From Chrysomallon squamiferum (Eukaryota > Animalia > Mollusca): a stretch of 64,000 bases of DNA. The stretch is taken from positions 10,168,001 through 10,232,000 of the forward strand of contig CM022674.1 in assembly GCA_012295275.1 (NCBI GenBank), given 5' to 3'. The notes under the pieces were generated by a model. That model was not told where the DNA came from, searched no databases, and saw only the letters and a program-made list of their open reading frames with translations. Below, piece after piece: positions 12,899 to 26,763 of the stretch. The position numbers and the translations under genes were made by a program. Each line of letters begins with the position of its first letter. The first letter of the stretch is position 1.

Positions 12899-14126
12899 CA
12901 ACATTAAAAAAACAACGATATTATCATTTTCGGGAGAATGAATACATTTCTGTATAACGAACAACCTTTACCACATTTGAATGTTAAAGGTTTACTGTCT
13001 AGCACTATAATATTTTTTTAATTATAATAATTCGTGTATACTGTTTTGTTAATTATTATTATTATTGTTATTGTTGTTATTATTATTTTAATTAATTTCT
13101 TTTATTATTATTAACATTATAATTTTTTTTTTTTCAACCAACATAAAGACTTGCCTATAATTTTTGTGGATTCAAGATTTGATCTCAGTACATTTTGATT
13201 AAAAGCCGATGATTTTATCAGATTTTTATGTATGTTTTTAGCACATAATTGTTGCATATTTTTTCTTGAACTGTTCACTGAACATTAATAGTAAATACAG
13301 TGAGAAAGAAGAGAAAAACTAAGACAGTTGTGTATTTTTATATTTTCTTCAGGGGAATGTCTAACCAATGTCTCTGATTATAATCCGTGTGCAGTGAGAA
13401 TGTATCACAGGGACCCACCCGTTGATTCCGCTTACTCAGCTTGGTCAGTGGGAGACACTTTCCTAGACTGGTATGGATCAGAAAATGGTCAAGGACAGTT
13501 TAACGGCAAGCATGCTGAAGGAAGCCCAATGATGTGGACCACTAATGACAGATCGAACCCTTCATGGAATCCCCTTAACACGTAAATGACGCATTTTAAT
13601 AATTTAGAAGCTTTATAGTTCAGCTATGTGTCACAAATAAGACTTTGTTATTAGTGAAAATCATGGAGTAAGAAAAGAATGAAAGAAATCACTGTGAAAT
13701 ACTAGATTTCAGAGTTAATATTTAAAGAATAATAATAATTAAAAAAAAACTGTATTCAGTCTATTTAGTCTGTAACATTCTTCAAACAGTGTAACAAAAT
13801 TCAGATACAAATGCATTTAAAAACAGCTAGATATGTTAGATTTCTCGTAGTTTACTTCCACTATGATTTACAGATTCGGAGATGGTTACTGGTTAGCTGA
13901 TTTGTGTATGAACTGCAGTCAGACAGTCAGTGGTTGGTTTGAGTTTAAATCTGTTATAACGGGTAACGAATGGGAAAATGACATCAGCCAGACTACAAGA
14001 TGCACGGGGACAGCAGCAGACTCGGAAAGAAAAGCTCCATTCACGACAAGAAATCACGTTGGATATTGCGGAAAACTAAACGCTGTTGTTAGAAATCGTG
14101 CAGACTGTATAATAAACAGTTTATAA
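7784..14126 (+). CDS. Predicted type II membrane glycoprotein (~538 aa): signal-anchor, Ser/Thr stalk and two tandem alpha-amylase C-terminal (P. haloplanktis AHA propeptide-like) domains; no GH13 catalytic domain
   Basis: Phase-consistent GT-AG exons: 7784-7796, 8216-8335, 9394-9564, 9851-9940, 10439-10685, 11164-11564, 12049-12141, 13353-13581, 13874-14126 (1617 nt). The hydrophobic segment is FLISIAASIVAVSIIVAVTVTV. Repeat motifs are RTVIF..LFFRGG / KTVIL..LFVRGG, W..GD..LDWYG.E.GQ, PLN.FG..YWLADLCM.CS, WFE.K and NH.G.CGK.N. Confidence 0.85.
8834..9370. mobile_element. Pogo/Tigger-like MITE with eroded right end, in intron 2 of the tandem-domain gene
   Basis: Left end TA|cagtggaacctcgagttacgaac, with repeated ttcgtaa/ttcgta subterminal motifs at both ends. 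The expected right terminus (cgaggttccactg) is missing. Confidence 0.7.
10113..10165 (+). repeat. (CAA)n microsatellite
   Basis: Read directly from the sequence; intronic. Confidence 0.95.
11641..11830 (+). repeat. Imperfect ~65-bp direct repeat (two copies) in an intron
   Basis: tttgataaaattataatcttta(c/t)aacaata...tttgctttttgttcaca..tga.ctattt at ~11641 and ~11766. Confidence 0.85.
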
Positions 14127-15300
14127 AATAACAAGTTAACAGTTTTAATTAAACTTTATATTTATTTATTATTTATTGTTACATATTAGAAACAATAATT
14201 ACGATTTCGTTCACACTGATAGATTTTTCGGTGGTTCTTTGGCGTGTCATCTACGCAATCTAGTGATCTACACCGAGCAAATTCTAATTATTTTGTTTAT
14301 TCTTGGGGGTTTTATTTTTTTGTTTTTCACGGCATAAATTTATAATTCATAGAAACAAGGGGTAAAAAGTATACTTGTTATTTTTCACGGCAGAAAGGAA
14401 ACAATTTTTCATTTTATTTATAGGAACAAGGGCTAAAAAGTATACTAATATGAATAATTTTATCGATGAATTGAATAAACATCTGCTAGAAACGCAAGTA
14501 ACAGATCTTCAGCATTCTTCCTCATCTGTAGCCAACAGAAATAATCAAGGGTGATTGGAAGGTTCTTTAGTTCACTTTTCTCATCTTCAAAATTCGAATT
14601 TTCGAATCTATCCATGTATGTATATGTATGTATCATGCATCTTTAACGTTTTTAAGATCTTCCTCTTATAATATAGAAATTTCGTAGATTTTTGTTGTTG
14701 TTATTGTTGTTCGCCCTTTAAGTTGTAGATCACTCGCCAAAGTCGCCTCGATTTTTCTCCTCCACCTTTTATAACGAAAACTGATTTCACAAAATTATAG
14801 AAAAACCCTTTTAAGAAATCCTGTTGTTACACCAATATACAAACAGACGTGCATATCGATACACTCGAATCGTGCATGCATACACTTACCCATGTACATT
14901 TAATTAGATATTTCACCGTTTGATCAGTCAGTCAAGGTATATTAGCTGTAACGGAAAACCTTCAACGAAAGTACTTGGGAGACATGCGCTCTACCACCAA
15001 AAACTGCGTGTGCCTTAGTATAATTATTATAATTGCTTTTCTGGCTTTAGTATTTTTGCAACTTTTATTTGTTTGTTTTTGTGTGTGTGTGTGTGGGTGT
15101 GTGTGTGTGGGTCTGGGTTTGTATGTGTGTTTGTATGTGTGTGTGCATGTGTGTGTGTGAAGACTACAGAAACCTACAGATACCTGTCTTTAAGAAAGAA
15201 TTTTAGTGTCAAAATCTGCTATTCTCTTTGATCCTGTTGATTCCAGCAGAATAAGGACTAGTGTTAACCAAGTAACTGTAAAAAAAAAAAAAAAAAAAAA

Positions 15301-15320
15301 TAATAATAATAATAATAATA

Positions 15321-15353
<33 letters not shown>

Positions 15354-15377
15354 TAAAAAAATAATAACAAATAAATA

Positions 15378-15425
<48 letters not shown>

Positions 15426-15434
15426 AATAAATAA
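15301..15434 (+). repeat. (TAA)n/(TAAA)n compound microsatellite
   Basis: Read directly from the sequence. Confidence 0.95.
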
Positions 15435-16349
15435 AATATTGAAATACATATCTAGTTCTTTTTTGAATAAATCAAATTGAGTGTGCTTTGTAATATTATC
15501 TGATGTCACAAGGAAAATTATTTTATTTCAACCGAAAAAAATAAAATAAAATAAAATAAAAAACCAAAAAAAAAGAAAAAAAAAAGTGTTGTTAATGTGT
15601 ACCATTGTATAAGAAAAATGGTCTGAATGTATTCTGCATTCTTCAGAGTAATGTTTATTTCTTTTTGCCGTCCAGTGTTGATTAATAAGTACAACTACAA
15701 AAGATTACAGTTTTAAAAATAACTGTTCTGCCATAATCTATAGCAATGATGTCATCGAGTACAGGGCCGATCTGTTCGCAAATATAAATCGAAAAATGCA
15801 GTTATCGGTCTATCATAAACGCCATGATGTAACTATTCCTCTATTAAAATTGTAAAATGGCGGCATTAAAATGTATTTTAACAATATTATTTTATTGTCA
15901 TATTTTGTTATGAACGATCATAGGTTGCACAATAACGTAGAAGTATAAACAATCATACTAGACTATTTATTAGTACCTCCAGATGTAATCTTTAAGATAT
16001 ATTTACGTATTGTAATAACGAAAATCCACGCTCAACCTGTTTAGAAATAATAAAGCCGTGTTATATAAATTCAAAACATTTATAAAGAAAAATAATAATA
16101 TATTACTGTGGATAATTTTTTTTTTTTTTTTTTTTTATAGAGGGCTCATATTTAGTCGCAGTTAAATCAACGATTAAAATACATTTATCAGAAAAAATAC
16201 CATTACAAAGGTTTAAAAAAGTGTTTGATTTATCGTCAGTATTATTCTTTTTCTGAAGACAGAGCTACACATACACAATATTTCACTTAATTATTAGTCT
16301 GAACATAGTCCCTACCAACAAGTAATAAAAGAAAAAGGAAACATCGATT

Positions 16350-16660
16350 ATGATTGGTTCACTTTAATAACGACTATATTTAGCAATATCGTCAGCTGAA
16401 AGGGATTTCCCAATCACATGACATTTCCAGTTCTCGTGACTAGTTGTATTTTGATAAATAGAAAATAAAAAAGCAACATTTACTTCTTTTCAGTTAGTTA
16501 TTTTATTCGTCGTACATAGTTACAGCAGAAATAGTTGTTATTAGCAGTTTATTCGAAATAAAACAGCCAAATATTTCCCTTTTTAAGAAGTGACCTATGT
16601 TCCGCTGCGCATTAATATATTTGTTTACATCAGCAAAGAGGAGAGACGCCATATTGTCAG
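16350..16660 (+). promoter_or_regulatory. GABARAP proximal promoter motifs: kappaB-like site, M-box/CLEAR-like E-box, FOXO element
   Basis: GGGATTTCCC at 16402-16411, TCACATGAC at 16414-16422, TTGTTTAC at 16621-16628, a reverse CCAAT near 16353 and a YY1-like CGCCATATT near 16648. These are motif matches only. Confidence 0.5.
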
Positions 16661-16672
16661 ACTAGTCAGTAA

Positions 16673-18459
<1,787 letters not shown>

Positions 18460-20723
18460 AATGAAAACATGAGTTGTTTTGTTTCACTGTACAGATTATT
18501 ATTACTGCTAGACGGCTGGTTAAAACTCTATAATATGTGACAAGATTGTTTTTTATCTTATATGGGAAAGGTTACTGTATTTGTCTGTCTTTTCTTTGAC
18601 ATTCATGCCACTGCTAAAACACCACCAGCCAATTAACTTTACAAGTGTCGATAATTTTCTTTTTACTTCTGTCATCTGTAACCAGCTATTACAAATAAAT
18701 TAGTGTTTCAGTTATCATACTTTTTGGACATTTTTATGAACTATTTGTCACAATAAATGCTAATACAGTAGGTAATGCAAATACACTGATACACATTTTC
18801 TTTTGTCCTAGATTCAGGCATCATTAGTGAACTAGTGAGCAAGCAAATGTAAAAATCTTATAGTGTGGTATGCTTTGTATTTGTAAATATATATATTTTA
18901 CTTAATTTACAATTGCTAAATTTAGATAGATGTAGTATATCTTTCTTTTTTCTTTTTTTGTTCTTAATTTAAATCTGTTGTAAGATATGTTGACTCTGTT
19001 TTTGTTTCAGATTTTAGTAACAGTTTTGTTTTATTTATTATTTTCTCTTTAAGTGAAAAAAAGTTTTGTTATATTGTTACATGATTTGAATTTCCATTTA
19101 AAAAAAATTAAATACAACAGTATTTTCAAATTCCATTATTATTATTTGTATGTTTTAAATGTAACATACTGTAGTTTGGGAGCATTTTCAACTTCTCGGT
19201 TTTAAAAATGATTAAAAATATATTAATCTCTTTAAATTTCAGCTGTTTGATGTACATAATTAAGTCCATATTTTAGAAGATATATATTAAATTTTTGTAA
19301 CCGATTATTAAGTCACCTGAACTGTTTTTCCATATGTTTTAAATTCATTAACATTATTACAATATGTATGTTTTATATGTATTTAAACAACTTACCCTCA
19401 GTTTTAGACAGCAAGTTACAATAAATAAAAAGGATTGTATTATTGGTGGGCTATAGCGACAGAGGGCATGTCTCCTTCATGTTCCTCTGACTATAGCCAG
19501 TTTGCATAATTTCCACCACTTGAGACACTGCAACATATCACATCAAAGTAAGCATCTTGTGGGAGTTTATCTTTCATTGTGGTTTGGTTATTATAACTAA
19601 ACAAGCAATCTCTATTTAACAATGCATTTCAACCATTTTAAAAATAAAGACATCTTTTTGTTGTTATTATTAATGTTTAAAAAAAAAATACAAAATTGTT
19701 TTTTATAATTTAAAAAAAAAATGTTTTGCACTTAAAAGTTAATTTGGCTCTGGGAATATGGTGTGTATATTTATTATTTCACACCATGTCAGAGATAAGG
19801 TAAAGTTTAATAACTTTATGGATAGAAAGATAATGTGACTAAGAAAAGGTTAAGTTATCTCTGGGTCAGCCTTTGGTTAAAGTTGGTTTGACAGAGAGCC
19901 TTATTAGCTTTACAGTAACATTAAAAATAACTGGAAAGAAAAAAAAAAATTACGTTTATCTCATTTATATTAGATTATATTATAATATTTATTAGACATT
20001 CTTTCTTTTCTTTTTTTTTCTTTTACATAATTATGTTGAAATGCAAGTTGTGTGTATGTATAAATATTTTCTTTTTTTCTATATCTCTTTTTTGAATTCA
20101 TGTGATATTGTGTTACAGTGTTTGTTAGCCATAGTTTTGGATAGACTGTTTTATGTTATTGGGATTTAATTTAAATAAAGATGTGAAATCTGTCCAATTT
20201 TTCTTCATTTGATGTTCCATGTAAAAACAAACAAAAAAATTAAACCATCTGGGACACAATTACAAACTGATCTGAATGAATATATTCTATATTTTTAAGC
20301 TATCATTCAAAAAATAATAATTCAAACAGAAAATTCATATGTAGCAGACAAACTTCATACATTAAAATGGCTCACACTTTTACAGTTAATCTGTTTTTAT
20401 TACTTTTATAAATATATCAGCTTCTGCTAGTCATAAAATATCAAGTTTGGATGTAACTCACAAGAAAATGTAAAATGTGAGACAACATACATCCTCCTCA
20501 GTTTCATGTAATTCATGCTGTCATTTTTTAAATTTAACAAAATCTGCAAACAAACATATTTAGAAATGTATCGATACTGGTCCATTTGTTGCTTCTCCCA
20601 GAATTGTCACCATTATTTCTGTTAGTACTAAAGATTTTTTGCTTGATGCTTGGAAATTCCATGGTCAATCAGAACTTTTACTTCCAGCCCTTGAGCAGTT
20701 AAACTATCATTGATGTCCACACA

Positions 20724-21394
20724 TCATGTAAATAGTGTGCCCTTATTGTGTGGTTTTGATAAATAGCCATTGTAGAATGCTTGAGCAGACATTTTCTTTT
20801 TAATAATGATTGATCGAAAGCCAACCCAGTTATCCTGTTTAAAACAAAAACAGCACTGGATTACTCTGGAGAAAATAGTTCATTGATAGATAAATTAAAT
20901 TCAGTATAACTGTTTATCAACCTTTCTACAGGCAAATAATAATAAAATGCAGAAATAATTTTTAATTTAAATTCTAATTTGTAATAAACATTATTTCAAA
21001 ACAAAAAATAAAGATAAATAGTGAGATATTTTTTTTTCCTTTACAGTCAAATACAGTCCAAATTTATTCTTCTTAATAAATTGAGGAAATAGGAATTTTT
21101 CTTAATAAATAATTGTTGGTTGTTAAAAAAGAAAATCACTCACCTTACATTTAATTAAGAGCAGCTGTCTATCTTTGACAAAAAAGGGTGTGCCAGGTTT
21201 TGCATTTTCTGTAAACCTGACATCAAACCTGCTGGAAATATCTAAGCAAACATCAGGATAATATAATTAGGTTTTAAATCAAAATGATCATATACAGTTT
21301 TTCAAGCATCTTAAAATTGAATCATTTTCTTCTACATTTAATTATATCTTTGTTAAGACATGTTTCAATTTGATGTTATTGAAGTATGTATGTG

Positions 21395-21426
<32 letters not shown>

Positions 21427-24400
21427 TAATGATTATTTTGTTACATCCATCTTCTAATCATTTACAATAGATGATACAAAATATAGCAATTTGAAAATTT
21501 CTTAGCAAGGCTATTCCTGAAATAATTACTTACTGAAAATAAACTGAACAGATTATATTATATCCAGAATATTTACCTTTTACAAGGTCAGGATCCACCA
21601 TATCCAGGAGTTTAACAGGTAAATCTTTCCAGTGACTTTTCAAAGGCATCTATAATTTTTTTTTAAATATAACAACTGGACAGAATAATGTTTTACTAAA
21701 CTTCAAAATTTATATTTACAGATGCAAAAAAAATACAAAATAGGGACTGTAATATAATATATAATTCAAATTATTCCAGTGAAAGGTAACATTTTGTAAA
21801 TATGTTTTAAAATTTTGTCAATACATTTAAAATACAGTTTTTGATAAAATTGGAGCAGCAATCAACATTCAGAACTTCATAAATGCTGAATCTGAGTAGT
21901 ATGTCAGAGCTCTGTTTGGAATGGGAAACAGACCAAGAAACAAGCCAATAAGGATTTTATTCTAACTGTACTGTTAAAAACCTTTCCAACATCACTTACT
22001 CTTCTTACCATTTCACTAACAGCCCTATAGAGTCTATCGATTTGTAAACACGTCTGTTCATTCCACTGCACATAGGCCATATTTGGTTTTAACTTTTGTG
22101 CTGGAAAATATATACAAACATATGAATTCAGAATAAACAACACCTAATAATGCTGGAACAAATAATAAAAATGAATAATACTAGACAAAAAAATATATAA
22201 ATATATATAATTTATAAAGAAATCTGTGAATATATTATTTAATCTGATTTATAAGCTATTTACAGATAATGTATTCATTAGTGCACCTTTAAAACTAGTT
22301 GAATACAAAATTACATTAACAAGTATGAATAGTGACTTAAAAATTAAGATAAAGAAAAATGTTGGAGAATAATACCTAATGTCACTCCATCTTTTGTTTG
22401 TTCATGTTCATTGTTTTCACATGATGTCAGATCAGACAAACACTTGAGTAACTGAATCACCAAAAACAAAAAACAAAAAAATTGACATTTTGGTGTTGAT
22501 AATTTCACATGACTTTCATGAACAAAATGATGATGGAACAGGTAAGGAAAAAGTATGAGTTAGTTTACACATAAACAAAGAATTATTTTTTTATATAACA
22601 TCAGGACAGAAAAACATTCAAAACATACTGGTTCAATCATGAATTTTATATGGTATGATTATAAACAATTTAATAGTAAAATATTCTGATATCGAGACCT
22701 AGATGATGTTGATTTTTATGGTATGTGTTTGAGAACAGAATTTAACTCCTGAATTTGTAAACTGTATATAAGGTGGACAGATAAGGGTAGAACTTGTAAG
22801 CTGATATTTTTTGCTATAGAAAAATTACGATTTAGTTTAGAGCCATTTTACTTCATGTTCAGTATTTTAAAATATTGTGAGATGAAAACCAGTATGTTAA
22901 AATATTATTAGACAAAAAATAAAAAAAAATAATAATAATAAAAAAATTATCTCACCAAGTCAGCACCATGTTTTGCAAGTAAATCACTAAGCTGACAGGA
23001 GGTTACTCGATATGGAACTGAGATTTCTTTCTGTGATAACAAAGGTCCGATGTCAAACCTGAAATAGTTATAAAAATAACTGATATTATAAATAATTGAC
23101 AAATGGTTTAAAAGACACGAAAGAAAAAAAACAACTTTATTTATTTTTATTTTTTTGGTTTGAGAAATGTTAGTTAGCAAATTGGCAAATATAAAATAAT
23201 TTACAAACTGTTTTGGTCTCAGTTTCATGATGGAGATTCCTGTAGTTTTGTCACCATTTAGAATGGTGTGGATAATTGGTGCTGATCCTCGCCAACGTGG
23301 TAACAGACTTGGATGAATATTAAGAATACCACTGAAAAAACATACCAGTTATATTATGTGGGTTCAAATGCAAATTAGTAGTAATAATAATAACAATAAA
23401 AAGAGTAATATAAATATTAACAACTGAAAAAAAAAAAAAATCAAGTCATAAGATTAAAGAGAATAGTAAGGGAGCCTTATGACTTTTAAGCATAAAATGA
23501 AAATATATTTAATACTCTACTTAAATTCTGTGTTTTAGAATGTAAAATACATCATAAAAGAGAAATTTTAAAGCAAGTTATGAAATAAAAGAAGATAATT
23601 AAAAATCAGCATAATTGCATATTTTAAAACAAACAAATCCAGCAAATTAACTTAATTCATAATTTAACTATCAAACTTTGTTAGAATGATGATAAATCTC
23701 TCAAAACAATAGAACAGAAATGACATGTACAATTACTATGAATTATTCCAAACAAACTTTACTGTGGAAATAAGGTGATGAGTTTTGCTGGAATAAGATG
23801 ACCAAATGATGCCAGAACTCCAAAATCATAATTCCGTGGTAGAGCCTGCACTGGCCATGTTAGTACATGGAGATTGCAGCTCACAGCATATTTTCTCACA
23901 GATGTCTGAAAGTAATGAAAAAAATTTATAATATCAAAAAACAAAAAATTAAAAAGTGTAATAATATTATGGGTAATTCCATGTCAAATCACCCCCCAAA
24001 AAAAAATTTAAACCCGACCGTCTCAGATTTTTATAAAACTTGGTATACTTATTGACTGGGATCCCACTGCACCAAATCTTGGAGTACCTTGACCTTTTGA
24101 CCTTTTAAGCATCAGAAACACCTAGTTCTCTCAAATTTATGTAAACTTTATGCATACATATAGGCCTACAATGTCTTACTCGATGATCAAGAGGGATGGT
24201 GATTCCTAGCATCCAGAATTGATCATTCAGGTTTTAGTTAATCAGATGTTAATGGCTGAAAAGGTGTTATTTTCATGTATGTGCATTTTTTAAATCTATA
24301 TTGTGGCTAAACAAAAAATATTACACCCAGAAAACTTTTATATGTTTTAGTTAACATGTGGGAGATTAAATTTCAATAAAGGTCATCTCAAGGTCACGTG

Positions 24401-24849
24401 ATCCACACGGTCAATTTCAAGGTCATAGCAAAGGTCAAAAGGTCAAGGTACTCCAATATTTTCCAAACTGAATAAAAATGGCAGATTTGGAATCCTTGTC
24501 ATTTTGCCTTTCTAACAATACCAATTTTATGAACATTGGCCCAGTAGTTCCTGAGATATGAGGATTCTAAGGTAGGTGGTCACACCCATTTTTGCCAAAA
24601 ATTTCAAAATTCGGCAGGCCACATCTCCCACACCACTGGTCTGATTGGGCTAAAATTTCAGATTTGGTGCTGTGGGATAAAAATCTGAGACGGTCGGGTT
24701 TAAACCATTGGGTGATTTGACACGGAACGACCCTTATAGAAAAACAAAATAAAAATCATTTTAATGATAATGATGAAATAAACATTTAAATTAATTTATT
24801 ATTTTAATATTGTGTTATTATTTTAAAATTATTGAATATTTGTATATAA

Positions 24850-24927
<78 letters not shown>

Positions 24928-26002
24928 GTAATAGTTATGTGTATAGAGTTCAAAATGAAATAACAAATAAATTTATAGTAGTTGTTGAAAATTTAGTTCA
25001 CTTATCTGTTGTTACAACAATTATACTTTATTGTATAGATTTTCTGAATTGAAATATAAGAACCTTTCCAGGATTTGATACAACATCCAGCGTTTCAATC
25101 ACTGAGTTTTCCGTATTCAGTCTGAAATAAAATTTTATACTAAATAATCTTTTTTTCGAAACAAGTTTTAGACTGAATAATAATTAAGAATGAACTTTTT
25201 TACTTTACATTGCTTTTCATTTTGTCTAATTTACCTAGCAATTATTTACTATTTGAATGGGTTTTTTTTACAAATTACCATTTGCAAATGTTTAAAATAT
25301 TCATAGTATAATGTAATATTAACTTCACCTGTTATTATTCAGAATCTTCAAAACTTCCACAGCAAAATTATCAGTTCCAAAAAACAAAATTTTGCATTTA
25401 TTTTTATCAGAAACTGCTGCCTTGGTTGACAGTGTCCTGACAAATGTTGTTGAACAACTATGATTCATTCCACATGTTTTAGAATGCATTAGATCAGTCC
25501 TTTTATGATTTTTACATATCCAGCATTTATTGCTGTCAGAATATTCCTCTATTGATAAACTTAATATCCGTTTGTCCTGAAACTGAGAACATTTTTTTAG
25601 AAGTATTGTTTCCAATATAGAATAACAGTTTGTTTCTTTAGAACTTTGAAATCTCTCTGATTTACATAAAACACTATTTATAATTTCATTTATGAAACTT
25701 TTACATATTTCTTGTGAATTAGTCATCTGACTTTTTTTAGTGTTGTCTGTTTGACACTGATAGCTGGAATTATTTCTGCTCAGATCTAAATTAGCTGTTC
25801 TTAATAAATGACTGTCATTGTTTCTGTTGAAACCCATACATTTTTTCTCTCCAACAAACAGTTGTTGAAATGAATGTCTTTTTAGAAGACAGCGATTTTT
25901 ATGATAATGTTTGACAGAAGTTTGAAAATTTAATTTATATCTGCATGTCAGTTTCAACAACTGAGTTGATGAAACAGAAGATGATGGTCTAAACATTAAC
26001 AT
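20724..26002 (-). CDS. MTFMT: Mitochondrial methionyl-tRNA formyltransferase (~516 aa, including a long N-terminal extension)
   Basis: Ten phase-consistent exons: 26002-25329, 25121-25064, 23905-23763, 23331-23209, 23058-22956, 22451-22376, 22100-22009, 21649-21577, 21241-21144, 20834-20724. Motifs [36 protein letters not shown] and FYNGYL. The start codon choice is uncertain. Confidence 0.93.
23971..24733. mobile_element. Non-autonomous DNA transposon with GGG termini and 4-bp TSD (Sola2-like) in MTFMT intron 2
   Basis: Inverted ends gggtaattccatgtcaaatcaccc..tttaaacccgaccgtctcagatttttat / ataaaaatctgagacggtcgggtttaaa..gggtgatttgacacggaacgaccc, with TTAT on both flanks. An internal inverted pair (ttggagtaccttgaccttttgaccttt) is also present. 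Confidence 0.85.
24853..24925 (+). repeat. (GA)n microsatellite
   Basis: Read directly from the sequence. Confidence 0.95.
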
Positions 26003-26717
26003 TTTGTAGCAGTTTTCATCTTCTTTTTTCTTTTCTTTTTTAAATACTGAAAAAAAAAAAAGAGAAAAATTAAAGAAGAAAATTAGCAAAAGATTTGTTT
26101 CAACCTACGTTTTATTGCAACATAAATATGCATATCATCAAAACAATCTTTAAATTTAACATTTAATGTTTAAGTTCATAAAATATAGATATTTCAACAT
26201 CGGTTCACAGTCGTTTAGCATTTCTTAATCAAGTTAATGCAAAAGTTTATAAAATATATAATAATGATCAATATCAAGTAACTGATATTATTATTATTAA
26301 TATTTTTTATTTATTTATTTATTTTTTCCTTTATATTATAATAGCACTTGTCGTTCGCCTGTTTATAAAGAAACGTCCTTTACAAAGTAAGTCGGTATTT
26401 CTTAAATAAATTACAGATATTTAATTTTTGTTTAACGAAACAATCATATAAATTCCGGAGGTGAAGACTACAGAATAATTTATTATCTCTGTCTTCTGCT
26501 GTCACAATCATTATATCTTACTGTCTCTAATCAAGAAACTGGTTTTAAAACAATCCGCTATGCCATTATAAAACACCTGCACGTTTCTGTAATCTTAACA
26601 AAAGATTTAGAGTTATTTCCCTTCCAACGGTTATTCATTATCAAAGAAGTAATTATTTATTAAATTTATATTTTTGCTAAGTTACTATCTTATTTTTTAT
26701 TGTTTTTTCTTTTCATT

Positions 26718-26763
<46 letters not shown>

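Noticed and set aside
20628-20723. 31 open codons after the MTFMT TGA (readthrough or selenocysteine)
   Set aside because: The protein is already complete at a typical C-terminus, the stop context is not a known readthrough motif, and no SECIS was recognised.
22520-22760. Possible intronic C/D-box snoRNA (ATGATG...CTGA) in MTFMT intron 5
   Set aside because: Imperfect boxes, no terminal stem and no recognisable rRNA-complementary guide.
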